Below, one piece after another: positions 37,153-49,689 of a DNA stretch of 64,000 nucleotides. Numbering within the stretch: the stretch's first letter is position 1; every line of letters begins with the position of its first letter. A model generated the notes under the pieces. It was not told the origin of the DNA, did not search any database, and saw nothing but the letters and a program-made list of their open reading frames with translations. The position numbers and the translations under genes are program-made. Origin of the DNA: Chiloscyllium plagiosum (lineage: Eukaryota); NCBI RefSeq assembly GCF_004010195.1, contig NC_057711.1, positions 80,449,846 to 80,513,845 of the forward strand, written 5' to 3'.

Positions 37153-38147
37153 CTTTAAAGAATAAACTTATTTTTGAGTCATCCAGCCCACTTCCCTGTA
37201 CTTCCCATAAATTTAGCTTCTCAAGTGCTATTCTAGTATAAATGTTGAAACTCATGGAAGATTCAACCTTTTGCTTTCCTGTCAGTCATAAGTGTGAAAA
37301 TTTCTGAGGTGTGTGGTTACATTTGCTGTCAGTTGCCATTTCTACTGAGATTTAGCAGGGACTTTAGAGCAGTTTTTGATCTCAAGTATCTAGTTCCTGT
37401 CCTTTTGGTTTGTTCCATAGACATTTTCGATTATGGATATTGGTGCACATACAGTCACTAGAGATGCAGAAACCTGACTGCCCCTTCAGTTTTCTCTCCC
37501 TCCCTTGTCAGAAAATACTTGATCACTCTGATTCTTCCACAATCTGTACAGCTTAACTTGGAAACTCAATTTGTACAGAATATCCGATCAGATTGAAGAA
37601 CAGTAAAATGAATGGGATGAACTGATGCAAAGTGGGTGAACTCAATTTTTAATCTTGTGCAGAAAAATAAATAAGACAGAGAAGATTAAATTGGTTTCAA
37701 TACAAAAAATGTAAATGAGAATATAATTCTAACATGTAATTATTTAATGTCTCCAAAAAAAATTAAAACTAGAAGGCATGAGATTCCATACTTATAGTAG
37801 TTAAGTTCAATGCTAAAGAAGTTGACTGTCTGTATTTAAAACTTATCACATGGTCAAAAATATACTTAGACTTTGAATATTCTTGTCAAGTTTAATCATT
37901 ACCTACTGCACAAACTGAGAAACCAATGGCATTCAATGCACTGAATGAATAACCAAACAATTTTATTCTGTATTTGTGAAGTTAACAGCACATTGGCTTA
38001 TCTGGGACAGGTACGTCTGCTATTCCATATTCAACCATGCACTTTCCTTTTTGTAACTGCTGTTGCATTTGTGTAGAAATAATAAAGAATACTATTAGTC
38101 TCACCATTAGAGAGCAAATAATGGACCAACAGTTGCCTTTTTCATTT

Positions 38148-38865
38148 GTTATGACATAGAATAAGCCCCTCTGCTAATTTAAACCCAACGTACAGAGAAG
38201 CTCACCCCACACCCTAATCTGTTAAATTTCGAGAGGCAAAGAACTATCCCAGATGTAATTATTTAATGTAAAAATTAGCAATTTTATTCTTTAAGTCCAA
38301 CAGAGAACATTAAAACAACAATTATTTACAGCTCCTTTTTCTTAAACCTAACTTTTACCTCCCACTCTACAATACTGGTGTGATAAAAAAAATCAAAAAA
38401 TCCCCAATTAAGATTTACAAAAAAAATTATGTTTCAAAACCAGCCAGCTTTGTCGATTCTCCTTTGTAAATTTTCCTCTGTATTTTCCTGGGTTGTCTTT
38501 TCTTCGGTCTTCTGCTGCACAACTTTTCTTCTGGACAAGTACCTTCCAGAGAGCTATTCAGCTAGCAGTCTGTACTTGTTGGTGCTCTTTGCTGTTCTCC
38601 TCTTAACTGCTCAAAATGTCTGGTATTATATACCAAAACATTGAATCATTTCATTGGTTTGATGTCATCCCAAACAGTAAAAATCAAAATCAATTGGACT
38701 TTGGTATCTGGGGCATAATTTAAACTGATTGGCTGAATTTGACTTTGTTTTTGTACCATGGCAACACAACTCCAGCTATTTGTTTCAACCAAATGTTACA
38801 GTTTTAAATTGTTCAGCACACTCTGTGCTTTCAGTCAGTCCTTGCTAGCTTTCTCTCTCTTAAAT
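38148..38865 (-). mobile_element. LTR-like fragment (terminus TGTTATGAC)
   Basis: TGTTATGAC is the reverse complement of the GTCATAACA end at 34672; contains CCAAT-type boxes and a CT-rich end; the other terminus is not seen. Confidence 0.4.
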
Positions 38866-39173
38866 AAAAAAACTTAAACCAGAAACTGAAGATCACATGT
38901 TTTAAAGGAAGTTATGAGATTCTAGATTCAAAGTTACACGACTTGAGAGATAACTATATCTCAAGATAACTTGTAATTACTCTGTATTTTGCCATTATGT
39001 TACTTTGCTGAAATCACAAATGTTACTCCTGTCCTGAGAGTTTATGTAAAACTTTAGAATTTGTTTCAGTACGTTTGGACTGCAATGTAAGATCAAAACA
39101 ATCAAAACAAGAAAGTCTACTAAATTGCGGGAAGCCTGAAATTGGTTCAACACATCTCCCAGTGGTAATGTAA

Positions 39174-39268
39174 GAGTTGATAAAGTGTGGCACTGAAAAT
39201 GATACTGCAGGTCAGACAGCATCTGAGGAGCAAGAGAATCAACATTTCAGACATAACCCTTCATCAGG
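39174..39268 (-). mobile_element. Short Penelope-derived insertion beginning at the hammerhead core
   Basis: Minus strand starts CCTGATGAAGGGTTATGTCTGAAATGTTGATT; TSD AGTGGTAATGTAA (39161) / ACTGGTAATGTAA (39269). Confidence 0.85.
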
Positions 39269-39534
39269 ACTGGTAATGTAATGGTAATATAACTCAGACA
39301 CTGTATTCATCTATAATATGTGGTTTCTACACACAGGAATAGTATCAGAGAGTGTGATGACAAGCTAAACAAAGTGGTTTTAACACCAAGAGCTAGAAAG
39401 ACACTCAAAACATGCAATTTGAAGGAGTTTAAAATTAAGAGTCAAAAGAGGGAAATGGAAAATGCAGTCAAAATGGTCAATTTCAGAGTGGTCAGCAGAC
39501 TGTGTTGCCTGCCTGATGATTGCATTCAGAACAT

Positions 39535-41328
39535 CTGCTCAAAGGGATTCTATAAATACATGAAGGATAAAAGGGTATCTTAGGGAGAGGATGAGGCCCC
39601 TCAAAGATCAGCAAGGCAGCCTATGTGTTGAACTGCAGGAGGTAGGGGAGATACTAAATGAGAATTTTGCATCAGTGTTTACTGTGGAGAAGGACATGGA
39701 AGACAGATAATGTGGGGAACTAGATAGTGACATCTTGAAAAATGTCCATGTTACAGAGAAGGAGGTGCTGGATGTCTTGAAACTCATGAAGTGGATAAAT
39801 CCCCAGGACCTGATCAGGGTCCCCAGAAATCTATGGGAAACGAGGGAAATGATTGTTGGGCCTCTTGCTGAGATATTTGTAACATCAGTAGTCACAGATG
39901 AGGTCCGGTAAGACTGGAGGTTGGCTAACGTAGTGTCACTTTTTAAGAAAGATGGTAAGGAAAAGCTAGGGAACTATAGACCAGTGAGCCTTACATCAGT
40001 GCTGGGCAAGTTGTTGGAGGGAATCCTGAGGGTCAGGATTTACATATATTTGGAAATGCAAGGACTGATTAAAGATAGTCAACATGGCTTCGTGTGTGGG
40101 AAATCATGCCTCATGAACTTGATTGAGTTTTTTGAAGAAGTAACAAAGAGGATTGATAAGGGCAGAGCAGTGGACATGATCTATATGGATTTCAGTAAGG
40201 CATTTGACAAGGTTCCTCATGGTAGACTGGTTAGCAGGGTAAGATTTCATGGAGTACAGGGAGAATTAGCCATTTGGACACTGCACTGGATCAAAGGTAG
40301 AAGACAGAGGGTGGTAGTGGAAGGTTGCCTTTCAGAGTGAAGGCCTGTGACCAGTGATATGCCACCAGCAGGGTCCACTGCTTTTCGTCATTTATATAAA
40401 TGATTTGAATATGAACATAGGAGATATAGTTAGTAAATTTGCAGATGACGCCAAAATTGGAGATATAGTGGACAGCAAAGAAAGTTACCTCAAAGTACAA
40501 TGGAACCTTGATCAGATGGGACAATGGACTGAGAAATGGCACACGGTGTTTAATTTAGATAAATGTGAGGTACTTCATTTTGGAAAGGCAAATCAGAGCA
40601 GAACTTAATGGTAAGGTCCTGGGGATTGTCACTGAACAAAGAGACCTTGGAGTGCAGGTTCATAGTTTCTTGAAAGTAGAGTAGCAGATAGATAGGTATG
40701 CTTTCCTTTATTGGTCAGAGCACTGAGTATGAGAGTTGGGATGTCACGTTGTGGCTATACAGAACATTGGTTAGGCCACTTTAGAAGTATTGCATGCAAT
40801 TCTGGTCTCCCTCCTATTGAAAGGATGTTGTGAAACTTGAGAAAGTTCAGAAAAGACTTACAATGATTTTGCCAGGATTGGAGGGTTTTAGCTAGAAGGA
40901 GAGGCTAAATAGGCTGGTGCTGTTTTCCCTGGAGCGTTAGAGGCTGAAGGGTGACTTTGTGGAGGTTTATAAAATCATGAGGGGCATGGATAGAGTGTAC
41001 AGCCAATAACCTTTCTCCAGGATAGGAGAGTCCAAAACTAGAGGGCATAGGTTTAAGGTGAGGGGAGACATATAAAAGAGACCTAAGGGCAACATTTTTA
41101 TGCAGAGAATCATGCGTGTGTGGAATGAGCTGCCAGAGGAAGTGGTGAAGGCTGGTACGATTTCAACTTTTAAAAGGCATCTGGATGGATATATGAATAA
41201 GAAATGTTTAGAGAGATATTGGCCAAGTGCTGGCAAATAAGACTAGATTAGGTTGGGATATCTGGTCGGCATGGACAAGTTGGACCGAAGGATCTGTTTC
41301 TGTGCTGTTCATCTCTATGGCTCTATAA
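39535..41328 (+). mobile_element. CR1 LINE, whole RT domain + 3' UTR, pseudogenised
   Basis: ORFs 39921 (GNYRPVSLTS, QHGF, DFSKAFDKVPH) and 40354 (GPLLF, KFADD); tail CTCTATGGCTCTAT. Confidence 0.95.
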
Positions 41329-43939
41329 CTGAAGCAAAAATTATAATGAGAGGGGACGGATCCTGTTGTCACAACCCAATAAAATAGGTCGGGCAAGGAA
41401 AGAGGTTTCTGAATAAGTATTATGAGGAAATTGGCACCATATTAAAAAGCAGTTCTACAAATGCTTTAATTACTGAAGCCACAAGCCCAAGGACTCCAAA
41501 ATGCAGTTTTGATGAAGGCAGCTGCCCAGTTAAATGCACGGCTGCTCCGCGAACCATTCATTTGTGCATCACAGCCTGACCTCAGCTTGCCCACCCAAGT
41601 GGAATTGAGAGAGGCTGGACCCAAGAATGATTCTTGTAATTTCTGGCAAATTCTAGCATTTTTTACAATGGAAAAGGTGCTCTTTCACCTGATAAAACTG
41701 GGCCTGCATATAATAATGAATTCAGAAAGAATTAACTATTGTGTGATTTGGATATAAATCAAAGACTTGCTTATTTCTAATACTATTTTGTGTTAGTGAC
41801 AGGTGTGTGATGTGTCGAACATCATGTTTGGCTTGATAGTAGGATCCCATTAATCCAAAATGTCACTTGTATTGCTACTGTGTAATAGCATCATGAAACA
41901 ATGCATAAATTTTGAAAGTATTTATCCTCCAGGATAATTTGAGTTTCTTGTCATGTTAGTCAGCTTGAGAAGCCAAACCAGCCAGGCTCTATTCTGTACA
42001 TTTACCCTGCACAGCCTTTCACCTTCCTCATTAAAATTGGGTTGAGGTTCTATTTACTTAAAAGAACCTTGATTTCTGGCTGGTAATAAGGCATCTATCT
42101 ATTTCAAGTGGGTGCACTTTAGCATCAGCATCAGTTCCTTGGTTGAAATGTCAGTCAATGGATTTCTGTTGGAAATGGAGTGATGTCATTTTTTTGCTCT
42201 TTTGACCATTCACCCATCCCAATCATGCTGGTCAGGTTGGGCTAAAATTTGGTCCCATAGTTTTGAAACCAGCATAGTTAAACCCAAGTTGAAGGGAAGA
42301 TCATCAGCTGCCTGCATGTTTTGTATTTTAACCGTATTTCAGCATGAAATGAGGTTGAGCAGTCTCAATTCAGCTCCTAGCAGACGTGGGCTCAGAGCAC
42401 AAATTGCCTGTAATTCAACATAAATGAGCAATTCCATTCAGAAATTATATATATCTGTGTGCAGTATGAATCACAAGGATAGCTCATGTGCGAAATAGAA
42501 AAAAAAAACTTTTCTAAGGTTTATTGTGGATGTTTCACTTTGCAGCTGTCTGTGCTACAAGTTGGCCTAGGAATACATGATGAAGGGAATGGGTAATCAA
42601 AAGTGTATGTGAATTTCTCCTGAAAAGGTCACCTACAATCACTTTCATAATGGCAACATTTCTTACTCCCATTTGACATGTCTTTTCAGATTTTCTGATA
42701 CATCTGTAGAAAAGTTATTTAATTAACAAGGAATAACCTATTATAATAACTGTTGATAAACAAATAAATGTCCTGTTGCTGCAGAAACTGCCATTAACTT
42801 AGTGATAATATTCTTCAAAATGTATTCATTTCCATGTTGCATTTTGCCAGATTCTCAATGTTCAATATGAGAAATAGATAATAGCAATCAGGTAAAACTA
42901 ATTTCAGACGCAGTTTACTTTATTTACATTTGATAACACATCAGATGATTGCAAGCACCAATTTGAAGAAATTAAATAGTAGATGAATTCAATTTTGAGT
43001 GTTGGAAGTATCACAGGATTTTAAGGTTATGGTTTAAAAATTGCTTTGTATTTTCTCCTCCAGCTTCAATTTATTCCACTTCTCAATGCTCTGCATGTGG
43101 TTGTCTTGCACTGAGTTTCATTTTCACGTATGGTGTTTTTTAGAAGCAAACCTGAATTGCAAGTGCTGATTGCAATCATGGAGCGGGGGAAATCGCAATG
43201 AACCCAGATTCCTGCCTAGCCTCTTCTAGTCAGTAAAAAAAGTGACATGGATACTGAATGCCCCATTTGTCAGTCAATTTCTCACCTACTGCACATTTAT
43301 TTAGCAGGCCAATGCTTGTCCACAGTTGGATGTGGGATTGATCAGCTGCCCAGAACTCCAGGGGAATTTGATGGGCTGAGAAGTTGCAGTAACACTTTTG
43401 TTGTAAGGTCCTGAGAAATATTCCTGCTTTTCCCCATTCAACAAAAGACTAAATAAACTACAGCGTCAAAACGTAACCTTTTTGAGCTTCTGCTTATCCT
43501 GCACTGCTCTATACTCAAATCTCACAGCTACTGCCTTTTCAGGTCATTTAGTTAAATTGCTACAGTGGGCAAATATTTAAAATAGCCAGTTATTTAATAA
43601 CTCCTGGATAGGCAACTAACACTGGCAATTTTAACTATTCACCAACTTGATTCCCATTGGGCAAGGAAACTAGAAAACATCTCTACTTGTTTCAGGCTAC
43701 CTTTATGTACATGAGTTTGAAAGCATTATCAAATTGGTAACCATAGCATACTCAGATTTTTTTACCATTATTAGTAACTTTAATAATAGCAGCATCAGAA
43801 CAACATATACCTAATCCAATTACAAGCTTGTAATGAAACCAAATATCAGAAGATGCAAAGACAAACAAAACACATGAGATCAATACTCAACTGACTCATG
43901 TCAATTCCTTAGATGAGATGATCAAATATTAGTAAGTGT

Positions 43940-43973
43940 TCCTGAAGAAGGGCTAATGCCCGAAACGTCGATT
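43940..43973 (+). ncRNA. Minimal hammerhead ribozyme core (Penelope type)
   Basis: CTGAAGA-A-GGGC-TAAT-GCCC-GAA-ACGT-C; predicted cleavage after 43969; stem I is only ~2 bp. Confidence 0.7.
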
Positions 43974-44066
43974 CTCCTGTTCCCTAGATGCTGCCTGACC
44001 TGCTGCGCTTTTCCAGCAACACATTTCCATCTCTGATCTCCAGCATCTGCAGACCTCACTTTCTCC
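43942..44066 (+). mobile_element. 125 bp Penelope-derived insertion with 13 bp TSD
   Basis: TTAGTAAGTGTTC (43929-43941) / TTAGTAAGCGTTC (44067-44079); body CTGAAGAAGGGC...CTCACTTTCTCC. Confidence 0.9.
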
Positions 44067-44756
44067 TTAGTAAGCGTTCACACCAGTATATTAATCCTTG
44101 CAGAATATTTGTTGTATTTAGAATCATAAAGGTATAAGTTATTGAGATGCATTGTTCTATTATATCGGATAGAATAAATAGTTCAATTCAAATAACGAGT
44201 ACTTGTGTAGATTGACAGGTAAATACTGTATTATCTATGAGTTCTACATCAGTGTAACAGATTGATAATTTGGTTATATTTTGGAGAAATGATCAATCCC
44301 AAACGGGGAAAGCCAGCAATGAGCACCTCACGGTTTAGTAATATAATCCTGGCCATCTGTTGTTATAGTTTGCAATATATTTGCTGACAGTTGATGGCAT
44401 TATGGAGATGGAATGCACTAGCAGTACTGTATAATTAAGCAAACCACACAGGTGAGTGACAGCAACAGAGGGTTGGAGTATCCCCAGAGCAAATCAGTGC
44501 AGATAATATTTACTCTGTCCCTAAACATTTTTTTTCTTTTGCTGACACAATCTAAATTCATTTCTCAAATCGTCCTTGTATTTGGGCCAACAAGCAGCTC
44601 TGGAGTAAAGATTGCTCTCTATCAATGATTTCTTCAATTGTGGGATGTTACTAAGTTTACTATGCTCTATCCTAAATTATGTAAGATGGAACACAAATTC
44701 CCATTGCCTAAACTACTGAATCAAAAGCCTGCATTTTTCAAAACTTTTTTAAAAAA

Positions 44757-45990
44757 GGGGTGGCAGCAGAGCTGAGCTCTGGACAAATACACAGGCACAG
44801 AGATGTCTGTCTGGAACCATTGTTCAGCCTGGAAAGCCAATTCACACTTCAACTCTCAGAGAACAATCAACCAGACCTAACATTCTGGACTGAAACGAAC
44901 TTATGCCTTGAGCTACACCAACCGAGACATTATGGAACCTGTACAGATATCAGATAGTCAACCTCAATCAAAATACACTACACATACTCTTAATTGACAG
45001 GAAGCCAGTTGACCTCAAAGGGAACATCAATGCAATGGCTGGCGCAGATTTGGCATGAAGATAAGAGGCCTGCAACTAGTATAATGGTGAGCCCCAATAC
45101 CACATAATGAGCTACCACCCTTATAACAACCCCCACAGCTATCTCCGGAAGAGGGATCCCAAACAGTTGTCTCCCCGAGAGCGATCCCTGGCAGCTATCC
45201 CCAGGAGGCATTCCAAACAGCGATATATTGAAGAAGAATTCCAACAGCTAATTCCAGCTGCTATTTCCAAGAGCTATCTCTGGAAAGGGGAATCCCAACA
45301 GAAATTCTGAAACCTACTGTCACAGGCCTGTTCTACACGAGGTGAACCAGCAGCATTCAACCACGACTAATAGACCTAAGAGCCGACCAACTCCAAAAAC
45401 CATCGACCTGACTGACACCACAGGGCCTCAGACACATCCTGTGGTGAAAACCAGCTCACAAAAACCACCACAAAGTAAGGAAAACTGAGTACACCTGACA
45501 AATGCAATAGGCGTCCTACTGCATCAGCGGACACAAGGCCTACACCGTCCAAAGTCTTTATCCAGGCACTGGGTACAGCAAGAGGGAATAATCAGCCATA
45601 TTTCCAAATCATGAATTATTTTCCCAGTGGTGAGCTTGAAATCCTGAGAATCCAAAGTTTCTAACCTAGCTCGTAGGGTGGGGAAAGTGGGTGGTGATGG
45701 GACAGGGACACCAAGGGTAAGAAGCCTGATTAAAGTGTCTGATTAAAATTGTTTAGGTTCCAATAGTGTTTAATCTGTATTTGATTTAATAGTGCATTTA
45801 ATTACTGTACTCTGCATAATTGTTCATTATTGCCTTTGCCTTTATTTCTTGTATTCTCCTTACCTTTTTGTACTTAATAAAATCACAGATTCTTTTGTCC
45901 TGAAATGCCTGTCTTCATTTCACATTCCTAAGTAAATCCAGTGTCAGAACCAGGGATTTGGGGGTGATTCAAACCACCTAAAAATCAGCA
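44757..45990 (+). mobile_element. LTR-like element of unknown family with internal degenerate repeats
   Basis: Sharp compositional change, purine tract AAAAAAGGGG before TG, about four AGCTATC..CCAACAG units at 45138-45302, AATAAA at ~45876; no TSD seen. Confidence 0.4.
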
Positions 45991-46139
45991 AATTAATGAT
46001 TGCAAACTCCACAATTATCCATTGGCTTTTACAGAACTAAGTCAGACAAAACATTAAATATGAAGCAAACATTCCAATCTGTTAAAGGATTAGAATGTTC
46101 TATCTTCATGATAGAATGGTAAATTTAGGGATATTTAGG

Positions 46140-46560
46140 AGGTCAGAATTTGAAGTTCAGAAATCTTAGAAGGCTGTGGGACTGGTGAAGACAAAAAAGA
46201 GCAAGGAATAAGGCCATGGAAGAATTTGAAAACAACGATGACAAGATCAAGACTTTGCCTGACCAGGATACAGTGTAGGTCAGAGAACACAGAGGTGATA
46301 AATTTGACACTTTAGTCTTCCCTGTATTAAATAGGAAGAAAATTTTGCTCATCCTGTGCTGGGTGTCAGATAATGATTCTGATAATTTTGCAACAGTGAA
46401 GAAGTCGCGAGAGGTATTATTGCTGTCGAGGCAGGTATTATCAGTCCTTGTGAAAATTAATGAGCTTTCAGAAGATGTTACTGAGGAATACAATGTGAGG
46501 AGAAATAAGAGAGGCCCAAGGATAGATTCTCAGGTGACACCAGAGATAATGGATTGGGAG
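46140..46560 (-). mobile_element. L2-like LINE RT fossil
   Basis: Minus strand SGVT*ESILGPLLFL (GVPQGSILGPLLF) at ~46500-46545 and a KVLIL..FKFFHGL-like C-terminal motif at ~46210-46255. Confidence 0.65.
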
Positions 46561-46569
46561 TAGGAAAAG

Positions 46570-46708
46570 AATTCTGGATTAGTGGTGCTGGAAGAGCACA
46601 GCAGTTCAGGCAGCATCCGAGGGGCAGCGAAATCAACGTTTCAGGCAAAAGCCCTTCATCAGGAATAAATGCAGGAAGCCTGAAGCATGGAGAGATAAGC
46701 TAGAGGAG
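46570..46708 (-). mobile_element. Short Penelope-derived fragment with hammerhead core
   Basis: Minus strand TTATTC-CTGATGA-A-GGGC-TTTT-GCCT-GAA-ACGT-T-GATT at ~46631-46668. Confidence 0.85.
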
Positions 46709-48660
46709 CAGGGCAAGGCTCCTGCTGATCCTGGAAGAACAATAGGTAATGGAGCTAAGCTGAGGCTGGATACTTTTGAACTGCACCTTGGTACTCACTC
46801 AGGGAATGGTATATGGTTGGTGTGGGCACACCTGTTCTTACATTGATACATGGACTCATGGCTTGACTCTTAAGGGAGAAAAGCTTGAATTTTCCCATTG
46901 TACAGAGTGTCTCTATCGTGGCAAGAATTGTGGATGAGCCCAGAAACAAATGTTATTTGTCCAACCCGGCACTTCCCATTTTCCTTCATGTTAATCTTAA
47001 TGCCAAAATGGGAATGCTCCTGGGCCCAATTTCTTAGTTTCTCTGTTACCTACTTCTCACAAAGTTGCAGCCACATTTATTGTACATTTATGTTGCATGT
47101 TTGTAAGTACAGTAACGCCTCGACTTATGAACTTAATCCGTTCCGGGACCCGGTCCGCGAACCGAAAAGTTCACGAACTGAATCAATTTTTCCCATTTGA
47201 ATTAATGTAATTCCAATTGATCCGTTCCCCAGCCCCAAAAACATACTTTTTTTACATTATTTTTATTTATTTGTGGCACTGAAATTTAAAATAACCTTAA
47301 TTATAGAAAACTACTCTATCACTACAATAAAACTGATAATTGTTCTGCACTTTACCTTTGTGGTTGTTAGTTGCTGGCACGGGTGGATGATGGAGGAGGA
47401 GAGGAAGAGGAGGACTACGTCTTCGAAGGAGATTCCCCTTCCAGAAGAATGTTGGGCACTTGTTCGGCTATTTCTGGAGTCTTTTCTCTTTTTTGTCTCT
47501 TGGAGGTTGGTGATGCCACAAGAAAACGATCCAGAGAAACTTGTTTTTTCCTTTGTTGCAGAATTTACCGAAAATGGAACATCACATTGTCATTTAGAAT
47601 GTTCACTGCTCTGTTGGTCACAGTTTTGTTAGGGTGATGCCTCTCAACAAAAGAATGCACTTCACTCCATTTGCTACAAATGTCTTTGATTTGAACACTT
47701 GATACATCTTCCCTCTCTTCTTCCTCCTCTCCAGAATGCTCCTCCTGCATAACCTTCACCTACTCCTGTTGCAATTCAACAAGATCTTCTGTGCTGAGTT
47801 CTTGTCTGTGGTCCTCCACCAGCTCCGCTACATCATCCTCATCGACCTCCAAGCCCATATTTTGGCCCAGGGTCACAATCTCGTTCACTACATTTACTGA
47901 TGTATCCTCCTCAAAACCTTCGAAGTCTCTCTCAGGTTCACAATCTGGCCAAAGATTCCTCCAGGCCGACTGCAACGTACGGAAAGAGACCTCGTTCCAT
48001 GCCTTATCAATCAGGCTTATGCAGTGAAGAATATTGAAGTAGTCCTTCCAGTACTGACCAAGGGTCAAATCTGTGTCGTTGGTGACCTGGAAACACCTGG
48101 CGAACAGAGCCTTTGTATGTAATTTTTTGAAATTTGCAATGACATTCTGGTCCATGGGTTGGATGAGAGGAGTGGTGTTGGGAGAAAGGAACTTTACTTT
48201 TATGAAGTCGTATTCAATGTCCAAATCTTCTTCCAAATTTGGAGGATGGGCAGGAGCATTGTCCATTACTAGAAGACACTTAAGTGGCAAATTATTTGTT
48301 TCAAGATATTCCTTGATAGCTGGTGCAAAAACTTCCGCCAACCATTCCATAAAAATCATTCGCATGACCCAAGCCTTGCTATTCGCCCTCCAAATTACCG
48401 GGAGTTTAGCCTTCAACACATTATTGTGTTTAAAAACGCAAGGATTTTCAGAGTGGTAGACTAATAGAGGCCTAATCTTGCAATCCCCACTTGCATTCAC
48501 ACACAATAAAAGCGTTAACCTATCCTTCATTGGTTTGTGGCCTGGTAGTGCCTTCTCCTCTTGGGTTATGTAGGTCCTTTTTGGGCATTTTTTTCCAGAA
48601 AAGTCCAGTTTCATCACAGTTAAAAACTTGATGTGAGACATAACCATCATCTTTGACAAA

Positions 48661-48840
48661 GTTAAAAATCACACAACACCAGATTATAGTCCAACAGGTT
48701 TAATTGGAAGCACACTAGCTTTCGGAGCGACGCTCCTTCATCAGGTGATTGTGGAGGGCTCGATCGTAACACAGAATTTATAGCAAAAATTTGCAGTGTG
48801 ATGTAACTGAAATTATACATTGAAGAATTGATTGTCTGTT
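48661..48840 (-). mobile_element. Penelope-derived insertion inside the Tigger transposase
   Basis: TSD ATCTTTGACAAA (48649-48660) / ATCTTCGACAAA (48841-48852); the same family as 6757-6947 and 61143-61480. Confidence 0.9.
48713..48747 (-). ncRNA. Minimal hammerhead ribozyme (best-preserved copy)
   Basis: Minus strand CAC-CTGATGA-A-GGAGC-GTC-GCTCC-GAA-AGCT-A/GTG: complete core, 5 bp stem II, palindromic AGCT in place of stem III, 3 bp stem I. Confidence 0.8.
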
Positions 48841-49689
48841 ATCTTCGACAAACTTATTGAATTCCTTCACAAAGTCCTCCGCTGCCTTTTTGTCCGAACT
48901 AGCCACTTCTCCATGATGCCTTATTACACTATGGATTCCAGTTCGTCGACGAAATTTATCAAACCAGCCTCTGCTGGCTTTAAATCCTTCAATGCTAGCA
49001 GTATTTGTACTTGGCGGTGTCGCCAACAAATCACGGTGTATGTGTAGAGCCTTCTCACAGATTATAGTCTCGTTAACACTATCTCCAGCAAACTCTTTTT
49101 GATTTATTCAAACTAATAATAATTTTTCAACCTCATCTAACAATTTAGGCCTTTACTTCGTTAAAATAGTCACTCCTTTAGCCACGTCAGCTGCCTTTAG
49201 TGCCTCTTTGTTCTTTAGGATAGTACAGATAGTCGATTTCGCCATGTCGTACTGCTTAGCGAGATCATACACGTGAGCACCATTCTCGTGTTTAGCTATT
49301 ATTTCCTTCTTCGTTTCTACAGTAATACGTTTAGGCTTCTTAACACCACTAACACTACTACTTTTCACTTTCTTGGGAACCATAATGAGGGCTAATTTAA
49401 TGCAAAACACAAAAAAAAGCGTAAGAATGCTTGGACGTTGGATGCTCACAGCGCGCGCGCCAAAGACGAACTGAATGAGATCACGCAGGGCCCGAGAGCT
49501 CTTGCGTTCAAAGCGCGCGTAGCAAAGCAGAACAATGACAATGAAACCATGGGCTTTTTGCGTTCATACCTTTGTTCGTACCTTGAATTTCATACGTACG
49601 TTGAAGCAAAATTTTACTTACAATCCTGTTTGTAAACCGATTTGTTCGTGAACGGGGTCGTTCGTATGTCGAGGCGCTACTGTATTTCA

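Larger units (their letters stand above)
47415..49383 (-). pseudogene. Tigger/TIGD1-like transposase (psq-HTH, CENP-B HTH, DDE_1), inactivated
   Basis: MVPKKVK..RITVETKKEII..AKSTICTILKNK; FKASRGWFDKF; FNCDETGLFWK; LLVMDNAPAHP; IQPMDQNVIANFK; ends EGESPSKT*. In-frame stops at ~49153, ~47760 and ~47565, frameshifts at ~48915 and ~48580, and a 180 bp insertion. Confidence 0.95.
47110..49682 (-). mobile_element. pogo/Tigger-family DNA transposon, near full length
   Basis: TA|CAGTAACGCCTCGACTTATGAAC ... GTTCGTATGTCGAGGCGCTACTG|TA (23 bp TIRs, 3 mismatches); encodes a transposase on the minus strand. Confidence 0.97.

Noticed and set aside
45138..45302. CRISPR-like repeat-spacer pattern
   Set aside because: The units are degenerate and irregularly spaced, there are no cas genes, and the context is vertebrate.
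47760..48659. 299 aa ORF as a domesticated TIGD/CENP-B-like host gene
   Set aside because: It lies within TIRs, is bounded by a frameshift and a premature stop, and lacks the DNA-binding domains and first catalytic Asp in frame.
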